The notes under the pieces are model-generated. The model ran no database searches. It was not told where the DNA came from and saw only the letters and a list, made by a program, of their open reading frames with translations. Positions 1 through 6,077 of a DNA stretch of 6,201 bases are shown here, in pieces; the first letter of the stretch is position 1; every line of letters starts with the position of its first letter. The stretch covers positions 1 to 6,201 of the forward strand of contig NW_021829371.1 in NCBI RefSeq assembly GCF_006345805.1. The letters run 5' to 3'. The DNA comes from Octopus sinensis. Lineage: Eukaryota. Made by a program: the position numbers and the translations under genes.

Positions 1-539
1 AGCCGTTTGGACTACTGCTCCCACTTTGGTCACCACACAATATAAAACAAACAGCAGAACTCGAAGCAATTCAGAGAAGCTACACAAAGAAAATCGTCTC
101 AATGCAAAATATCAGCTACTGGGAAAGACTGAAGGTATTAAACCTCTTCTACCTAGAGCGGAGGCGGGAGAGATATGCAGTGATATACATCTGGAAAATC
201 CTGGAGGGTCTTGTCCCAAACTTTGGCATTCAAAGTTACTCCAGCCGCAGAACGGGGCGCCGCTGCGTGGTGCCAAGGATTCCAACATCACCATTAAAAT
301 ACAGGTCCAGATACTGCAACAGCTTGGGTTTCAGAGGACCACAGCTCTTTAACTTCCTCCCTAAATGCCTGAGAGACTTACATGGTGTGGATGTGGGTTT
401 CTTTAAAACTAAACTGGATCTCTTCTTGTTGGGAGTCCCAGATGAACCTACCTCACGACAGGAGACGCGGATGCGGGCAGCAGCATCGAACTCCCTTGTT
501 GATCAAGTGCCACGTATCAGAGGTGGATTCACAAACTAG
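1..539 (+). pseudogene. Frameshifted LINE ORF2 (reverse transcriptase C-terminal/thumb region)
   Basis: Frame 3 is open from 24 to 539 and includes track ORF 102..539. An apparent 1-bp deletion near 22-23 (tcc ca- ctt tgg) breaks SRLDYCS-(Q)-LWSP. Confidence 0.8.
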
Positions 540-603
540 TGTAGCTCATTCAGCGGTGGTGCCCCAGCATGGCCGCGGCCTTCGGGCAAAAACATTTTTT
601 TAA

Positions 604-605
<2 letters not shown>
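1..605 (+). mobile_element. 3' fragment of a CR1/L2-group (Jockey-like superclade) non-LTR retrotransposon: RT C-terminus plus short 3' UTR; 5' part lies outside the window
   Basis: Translation joins frame 1 (1-21, SRLDYCS) to frame 3 (24-539, LWSPHNIKQTAELEAIQRSYTKKI...SYWERLKVLNLFYLERRRERY.VIYIWKILEGLVPN...RGPQLFNFLP...FKTKLDLFL..VPDEP...SNSL). These are the motifs that follow the RT core in CR1/L2-type ORF2. TAG stop at 537-539, then a structured 3' UTR (555-594) ending before an AT microsatellite. Confidence 0.88.

Positions 606-634
<29 letters not shown>
606..634. repeat. (AT)n microsatellite
   Basis: Perfect AT alternation directly after the LINE 3' end. Confidence 0.97.
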
Positions 635-638
635 CTAA

Positions 639-674
639 CATCATCATCATCATCATCATCATCATCACCACCAT
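639..674. repeat. (CAT)n microsatellite decaying into CAC units
   Basis: Perfect CAT run at 639-667, followed by ccaccat. Confidence 0.95.
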
Positions 675-1019
675 GCTGAAAATAGCAGCCATTATCTGAC
701 TCTAAACAAACTTAAGTCTTCATACAGCACACGGAGAGAAGACAATAAGACAAAATAAAACTAGTAAAAAATTACTGGATAATTCCAGATCCCGGATTCC
801 TGACTTTGCATTTAGGAATGCTTTACCTCATCAGTGGAATATACACATTAAATCTTCACACAGCATCGGGAGAGAAGAGAAAAAGACAAAATAAACTAAC
901 AAACAAAAACTATTATCTTTTTTGTTAGTTTATTTTGTCTCTCTTCTCTTCTCTCCTGGTGTGAACATTTAATGTAGTTTTAGACTCAAGTTTTGGCTGC
1001 TATGTCTAGTATGATGATA
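673..1019. mobile_element. Foldback/palindromic repeat element with internal direct repeat (Penelope-like or MITE-like; class uncertain)
   Basis: Outer imperfect inverted repeat 674-706 vs 978-1011, sharing a perfect atagcagcca core. Inner inverted repeat 845-903 vs 921-975, with a perfect 20-bp core 884-903/921-940 around a 17-nt spacer. Direct repeat 712-759 vs 848-895 (41/48 identical, period 136). Confidence 0.7.
782..840 (-). ncRNA. Decayed type I minimal hammerhead-ribozyme-like motif (probably inactive)
   Basis: Minus strand reads ATTCCA-CTGATGA-GG-taaagc-ATTCCT-(12 nt)-AGGAAT-CC-GGG-ATC-TGGAAT. This gives a 6-bp stem I, an intact CUGAUGA box, a stem II and an NUH triplet next to stem I. 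The GAAA box and stem III are missing. Confidence 0.4.
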
Positions 1020-1060
1020 TCTCTTAGGTACTCTTCTTCATAATTTTAATAATTTCATGT

Positions 1061-1476
1061 ATAGGAGCAGGAGTGGCTCTGTGTTAAGTAGCTTGCTAAC
1101 CAACCACATGGTTCGGGTTCAGTCCCACTGTGTGGCATCTTGGGCAAGTGTCTTCTGCTATAGCCCCGGGCCGACAAATGCCTTGTGAGTGGACTTGGTA
1201 GACGGAAACTGAAAGAAGCCTGTCGTATATATGTATATATGTATATGTGTGTATGTGTTTGTGTGTCTGTGTTTGTCTCCCTAAAATTGCTTGACAACCG
1301 ATGCTGGTGTGTTTATGTCCCCGTAACTTAGCGGTTCGGCAAAAGAGACCGATTGAATAAGTACTGGGCTTACAAAGAATAAGTCCCGGGGTCGATTTGC
1401 TCGACTAAAGGTGGTGCTCCGGCATGGACGGAGTCAAATGACTGAAACAAGTAAAAGAGTAAAGAGTAAAGAGAGT
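1061..1476 (+). mobile_element. tRNA-derived SINE, family A, full length
   Basis: A-box-like tggctctgtgt at 1074-1084 and B-box-like ggttcagtccc at 1116-1126. CORE-like cttgggcaagt segment, internal TA/TG microsatellite (~1226-1275), LINE-like tail (1410-1449) and a (gtaaaga)n end. Colinear with the copies at 2760-3045, 4185-4645 and 6078-6201. Confidence 0.92.
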
Positions 1477-1647
1477 ATATATATATACATGAGTTGTGTA
1501 TAATTATATGTGTTATATGTATATAACATGTTCCAGCTGGGGCGTGTTTGAACAATTCAGACGAATAGAAGCCATATGTATTGAAATCTAAATTTTTGTC
1601 TACTCTCCATGTTTAAAATTTTATGGAAAGCGACAAGAAAATGCGTG

Positions 1648-1880
1648 GGTGAGAATGATAGAGAGAGAGAGTGGAAGAGAAATAGAATAAGAGATCAAGA
1701 GAGGGTGAAATAGATAGAATGAAAGGCAGAGGGAGAAATAGATACATATATAATTAGACTTAGAGTGAGGGAGAGAATAAAACAGGTAGACAATCTAGTT
1801 TATCTAATCCCCCTCTCTATAAAGCTGTTCAATGTTCATTCTCACTCACTTTTTGACTCTTTCTCACTCTCTGTCTGACT
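1648..1880. repeat. Low-complexity tract, AG-rich followed by CT-rich
   Basis: Purine-rich degenerate (AG)n at ~1648-1790 and pyrimidine-rich (CT)n-like sequence at ~1810-1880. Confidence 0.7.
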
Positions 1881-1975
1881 CGCTCCCAGCAAAGAAGGAC
1901 ATTGTGGAAGACAATTTAAATGCTAGAAATAGCAGCAAAACAACACCTTAGAAATATGCTATGATGATTTTAACA

Positions 1976-2322
1976 ATATATATATATATATATTTATTTA
2001 TATATATATATGTATATATATATGTGTGTGTGTATATATATACATGTATATATGTGTGTATATATATATCTATATATTTACTTATATATATATATATGTG
2101 TGTGTGCATATATATATATGTATGTATATGTGTATGTATATATATATATATTTATATACATGCAAGTATATATGTGTATATATATATATATATATATGTA
2201 TGTATATATGTAGTAATATGAATATATATATATATATATAATCTATATATATACATGCAATATATATGTCTATTATATATATATATATATATATATTATA
2301 TATTATATAATTTAATATAATA
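1976..2322. repeat. Compound (TA)n/(TG)n/(TATG)n microsatellite field
   Basis: About 350 bp made almost entirely of alternating purine-pyrimidine dinucleotides. Confidence 0.96.
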
Positions 2323-2344
2323 TGTAGTTTTCATCATCGTTGTT

Positions 2345-2406
2345 ATTTCGTCAACCCTGAAATGATAAAGTAGTGTTGGCATTAATAGAATTCGAACCAG
2401 AATGTA
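2345..2406 (-). mobile_element. Old, degenerate family-B SINE fragment (B-box region)
   Basis: tcaaccctgaaatgataaag...gaattcgaaccagaatgta aligns loosely to the reverse complement of 3927-3990. Confidence 0.5.
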
Positions 2407-2477
2407 GGCTCCCAGCAAATAGCTATAAATAATACCAACAGGATATGTGGTTATCAAGACATAGCAGTAATTGACGC

Positions 2478-2630
2478 TATGTGTGTTTGTGCCCGTGCAT
2501 GTGTGTGGGCGGCTGTTTGGATTTTTTTGTTTGTGTATGTGTATATATTATTTCTTTATGTATTGTATATATATATGCTATCTGTATGTATGTCCCTATC
2601 TCCACCTCTCCCTCTCTCTCTCTCATCTTC

Positions 2631-2664
<34 letters not shown>

Positions 2665-2740
2665 ATATATATATATATATTTCTCGATGTACTTGTGCTC
2701 ATAATATATTTATATATACAAATATATACATTCATATATA
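2478..2740. repeat. Compound (TG)n/(TA)n/(CT)n microsatellite field
   Basis: Degenerate TG, TA and CT runs. Confidence 0.92.
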
Positions 2741-2759
2741 GAAAGCTGAAAAGTGACAC

Positions 2760-3045
2760 GTGCTGTGTGGTGAGAAGCTTGCTTACCTACCATATTGTTC
2801 TGAGTTCAATCTCACTGCGTGGCACCTTTGGCGAGTGTCTTATGCTATAGCCACGGGCTGACCCGATCCTTGTGAGTAGATTTGGTAGACGGAAACTGAA
2901 AGAAGCCCATCGGATGTATATAAATGTGTTTGTGTTAGCGTTTAACAACGCACTATCGCTTCACAACCAATGCTGTTGTGTTTAGGTCCCCGTAACTTTG
3001 AGGTTCGGCAAAAGGTACCGATAGAATAACTACTAGACTTAAAAA
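2760..3045 (+). mobile_element. SINE family A, older and 3'-truncated copy
   Basis: gctgtgtggtgagaagcttgc...cactgcgtggcacc...ggtagacggaaactgaaagaagcc...ccccgtaact...ggttcggcaaaag...ccgatagaataa is colinear with 1077-1375. The LINE-like tail is absent. Confidence 0.85.
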
Positions 3046-3052
3046 GCAAGCA

Positions 3053-3105
3053 AATACATACATATATACGCACATATACATACACATATATATACATATA
3101 TAAAT
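3053..3105. repeat. (TA)/(CA) low-complexity microsatellite
   Basis: Degenerate acat/atat/acac repeats. Confidence 0.8.
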
Positions 3106-3136
3106 AGTAAATAAAGTTACTTCTGTTGGCAGCTAG

Positions 3137-3239
3137 ACGCATGGGAACAGTCTACCTTGGCATATATATTTCGCATATGGACGGGAGACTCAGTCCATCG
3201 CAGGGTGAGTCATTCTTGCCAAGGAATGTGAAATGAAGT
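3137..3239 (-). mobile_element. Degenerate fragment of the V-type SINE seen at 5388-5633 (head missing)
   Basis: Exact matches: cagtccatcgcag (3191-3203 = 5470-5482) and gtgaaatgaagt (3228-3239 = 5521-5532), in the same order with weaker similarity between and upstream. Confidence 0.7.
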
Positions 3240-3480
3240 CCAACTCGTCGCAAGTGTTCATTAAACTAAAACACGTAAAGCTCCACGAGGCTCCAGCAAG
3301 GGCTGGTGGCGAACCCTGCTGTATTATTTCACCACAACCTTCTCTCACACTGTTCTCCTGTTTCTGTTGTACCTGTATTTCAAAGGGGCCAGCCATGTCA
3401 CCCCCTGTGTCGCGCTGAATCTCACCGAGAACTACGTTAAGGGTACACGTGTCTGTGGAGTGCTCAGCTACTTGCACGTT

Positions 3481-3497
3481 AATTTCACGAAGAGTCT
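3481..3497 (+). repeat. Left copy of a 17-bp target-site duplication (right copy 4075-4091)
   Basis: aatttcacgaagagtct vs aatttcacgagtagtct, 15/17 identical, directly flanking the family-B composite. Confidence 0.8.
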
Positions 3498-4074
3498 AAG
3501 GCGGCGAGCTGGCAGAAACGTTAGCCCGCCGGGCGAAATGCTTAGCAGTATTTCGTCTGCCGCTACGTTCTGTGTTCAAATTCCGCCGACCTCGACTTTA
3601 CCTTTCATCCTTTCGAGGTCAATAAATTAAGTACCAGTTACGCACTGGGGTCGATATAATCGACTTAATCAGTTTGTCCTTGTTCGTCCCCTCTGTGCTT
3701 AGCTCCCTGTAGGTAGTAAAGAAATAGGTATTTCGTCTGTCTTTACTTTCTGAGTTCCAATTCCGCCGAGGTCGACTTTGCCTTTCATCGTTTCGGGGTC
3801 GATTAAATAAGGGCCAGTTACGCACTGGGGTCGATATAATCAACTTAATACCTATGTCTGTCCTTGTTTGTCCCCTCTCTGTTTAGCCCCCTGTTGGTAG
3901 TAAAGAAATAGGTATTTCGTCTGTCTTTACTTTCTGAGTTCAAATTCCGTCGAGGTCGACTTTGCCTTTCATCCTTTCGGGGTGGATAAATCAAGTACAA
4001 GTTTCGTACTGGTGTAGATCTAATCGATGGCCCACTCCCCTAAAATTTCGGATCTTGTGTCTAGAGTAGAAAAG
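3498..4074 (+). mobile_element. SINE family B: one head plus three tandem ~180-bp body units
   Basis: Head ggcggcgagctggcagaaacgttagc at 3500-3546. Units start with gtatttcgtctg at 3548, 3728 and 3912 (periods 180 and 184). Each has a B-box-like gttc(a/c)aattcc (3574, 3754, 3938). Unit 3 has a different 3' end. Confidence 0.88.
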
Positions 4075-4184
4075 AATTTCACGAGTAGTCTTCCGTTGAC
4101 TGGATCAACTGGAAACCTCTTCGTCTCAACCGACGGAGTGCCATAGTAGTATATATATATACACGCACACACATATATCTATAT

Positions 4185-4645
4185 ATTCGTTTCTTTTCTT
4201 TTATTCGTTTCTTTTACTTGTTTCAGTCATTTGACTGCGGCCATGCTGGAGCACCGCCTTTAATCGAGCAACTCGACACCGGGACTTAGTCTTTTGTAAG
4301 CCCAGTACTTATTCTATCGGTCTCTTTGCCGAACCGCTAAGTAACGGGGTCATAAACACACCAGCATCGGTTGTCAAGCAATGCTAGGGGGACAAGCACA
4401 GACACAAACACACACACGCATATATATTATACATATATACGACGGGCTTCTTTCAGTTTCCGTCTACCAAATCCACTCACAAGGCTTTGGTCGGCCCGAG
4501 GCTATAGTAGAAGACACTTTCCCAAGGTGCCACGCAGTGGGACTGAACCCGGAACCATGTGGTTGGTAAACAAGCTACCTACCACACAGCCACTCCTGCG
4601 CCTATACAGCCACTCCTGCGCCTATACAGCCACTCCTGCGCCTAT
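4185..4645 (-). mobile_element. SINE family A, full length and well conserved, with triplicated 5' end
   Basis: Minus-strand A box tggctgtgtgg (4582-4592) and B box ggttcagtccc (4539-4549). Internal microsatellite ~4395-4440, LINE-like tail 4219-4258, end repeat (aaaagaaacgaat)x2. TA-rich flanks. Confidence 0.93.
4586..4645 (-). repeat. Three perfect tandem copies of a 20-mer (element strand ataggcgcaggagtggctgt)
   Basis: acagccactcctgcgcctat at 4586-4605, 4606-4625 and 4626-4645. Confidence 0.97.
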
Positions 4646-4712
4646 ATATACAAGATATATAAATATTATTAACGATAATGTTACTATCTAACAAGAATAA
4701 ATGTTGATGACG

Positions 4713-4937
4713 AAGCTGTTTTGGTTGAAAGGATCTGAAGAATTAGTAAGGAAGAAGATAGGAGCTTGTTACCATGGTGGAAACTGATTTGATGGAAGTA
4801 AAACAGAAATACTATAGGGTGCAACCCGTGAAGTAAAGGCCAAGATAGATACAGAGGTATGGAAGTTAAGAGAGAAGTGGCTCCAGATGCGGGAGTTGGA
4901 CGGGGGCACATGTGAAATTAACTTCACATAATCTCCA
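4713..4937 (-). pseudogene. Possible ancient LINE RT remnant (Jockey/CR1-group post-core region), with in-frame stops
   Basis: One minus frame reads W-RLCE-VNFTCAPVQLPHL...YLGLYFTGCTL*...TSIKSVS...FQPKQL. This resembles the LINE RT pattern W...VxFNxxKTQxxHL...LGLxFxxxLxW..HI...KxAS...FxPxQL, with TAG (4812-4814) at the expected Trp position. Matched from memory only. Confidence 0.4.
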
Positions 4938-5076
4938 AGAGGATGTGTAGAAGTAACTCATAGTTTCTCTTCCTTGGGAGTGGGGTTTTAGATTTGTTCT
5001 TTCCCTCACTCAACCTCTCCCTCTCTTTCACTCACCTCGTTCTCTCTGTGCCATTCTCTGTCCGTATCTTTTTATG

Positions 5077-5377
5077 CGCCCTTTTCAGCCTAGTCAGCGC
5101 TCATGGGCCCGGTTTCCCGGTTTATGTGTGGCATATGTGTTCCCCATCTGGACGGGACGCCAGTCATCACAGCGTTACCAAGAAACATGAAGAAAGTATG
5201 AGAGAAAGTTGGGACGAAAGAGTAGAACAGGGCTTCGCCACCACACCCTGCCTGAGCCTCGTGGAGCATTAGGTGTTTTCGCTCAATAAACACACACAAC
5301 ACACGGTCTGGGAATCGAAACCGCCATCCTCCGACCGCGAGTCCGCTCCCCTAACCACAGAGCCATTGCGCCTTCAC
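5077..5377 (-). mobile_element. tRNA-headed SINE with family-C central domain and V-type 3' part
   Basis: A box tggctctgtgg (5355-5365), B box ggtttcgattcc (5311-5322). Central domain homologous to 3253-3360. 3' part homologous to 5388-5488 (exact 25-mer at 5099-5123 = 5410-5434). Confidence 0.85.
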
Positions 5378-5387
5378 AAAATAAATT

Positions 5388-5633
5388 CGCCCTTTTAAAG
5401 CCTAGACAAGCTCATGGGCCCGGTTTCCCGGTTTCAATGGCGTATGTGATCCCCAGCTGGAGGGGTCGCCAGTCCATCGCAGCGTTACTCATTTTTGCCA
5501 GCTGAGTGGACTGGAGCAACGTGAAATGAAGTGTTTTGCTCAAGAACCCAACGCGTCGCCCCGTCCAGGAATCGAAACCACAATCATGCGATCATGATGC
5601 TGACACCCTAACCACTAAGCCACGCGCCTACAC
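5388..5633 (-). mobile_element. tRNA-headed SINE with CORE-like central domain and V-type 3' part
   Basis: Canonical A box tggcttagtgg (5612-5622), B box ggtttcgattcc (5568-5579). Then cttgagcaaaacactt...ccactcagctg...aatgagtaac and gctgcgatggactggcgac, which resembles the V-SINE domain as I recall it. Confidence 0.87.
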
Positions 5634-5734
5634 CCTACGTCCTTATATAAATAGAATAATCATCTACAAGGTGCACCTCGAGCTACAAATAATTCTGCTT
5701 ACTACAATTACAAGGTTTTAACTTTTGCTAATTA

Positions 5735-5821
5735 ATTATATCGACGCCAAAGTTAATCTTGAGAGAATTGTATCGACCCTCAAATGATAAAAGGTGACGG
5801 GATTCGAACCCAGAATGTAAA
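5735..5821 (-). mobile_element. Degenerate family-B SINE fragment
   Basis: attatatcgacgcca (5735-5749) matches the reverse complement of tggggtcgatataat at 14/15. Then tatcgaccc...gat.aaagg...gggattcgaacccagaatgtaa, carrying a B box on the minus strand (5799-5811). Confidence 0.6.
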
Positions 5822-6077
5822 TTACCAAGGAATAGTTATAAATATTACTAACAAGTCATTGAGTGTGTCTCTAGTAGTAATTGTTAGTATGAAACAGGTG
5901 TGGCTGTGTGTGTGCGAATCGAAGAAAAGGTGTTTGTGTGACTTATGCCACAATAAGCGAAGAGTGTTGTTACACTTGACTTATCATTAACAACTGAAGT
6001 CGCTTTTATAAAAAAAAAATTATACTTCTATCCCAGTAAACAACTCTATATACACCCACATACGTCCTCTCTCTATA

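Larger units (their letters stand above)
3253..4143 (+). mobile_element. SINE family C (head missing), split by the family-B insertion: 3253-3497 plus 4092-4143
   Basis: The central domain matches the reverse complement of 5186-5290 (exact gctccacgaggctc 3280-3293 vs 5254-5267; ggtggcgaa 3305-3313 vs 5234-5242). The sequence resumes after the duplicated target site and ends ...gacggagtgcc before a TA run. Confidence 0.7.

Noticed and set aside
26-352. 108-aa ORF and antisense ORF 112..294 overlapping the LINE
   Set aside because: Alternative frames of LINE ORF2 with no recognisable motifs.
1055-1297. Apparently paralogous ORFs 1055..1297 (-) and 4371..4691 (+), both MSSN...RQ/RASFSFRLP
   Set aside because: They are antisense translations of the same SINE family, not a gene family.
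1760-1875. AG-rich then CT-rich tracts as a possible long hairpin
   Set aside because: The complementarity is compositional only; no extended exact pairing was found.
1882-2419. 12-bp direct repeat gctcccagcaaa at 1882-1893 and 2408-2419 around the microsatellite field
   Set aside because: About one 12-mer match is expected by chance in a window this size, and there are no element ends inside the repeats.
1961-2850. Many ORFs rich in I/Y/V/C/M
   Set aside because: Translations of TA/TG microsatellites, which are depleted of stop codons in some frames.
3190-3843. ORFs of 61-95 aa across the SINE cluster, and similar ORFs at 4994-5721
   Set aside because: They lie within SINE sequence, cross element junctions and show no protein motifs.
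3548-4074. Regularly spaced repeats (180-bp units; also the 20-mers at 4586-4645) as a possible CRISPR array
   Set aside because: No unique spacers, no cas genes, and a eukaryotic SINE context.
4684-4911. 75-aa minus ORF with a faint resemblance to Penelope RT (LYxSxP..GL)
   Set aside because: The catalytic Asp motif is absent and a different frame fits a LINE RT pattern better.
5790-5821. Canonical B box gggttcgaatccc suggesting a tRNA gene on the minus strand
   Set aside because: No A box or cloverleaf; the flanks match family-B SINE sequence.
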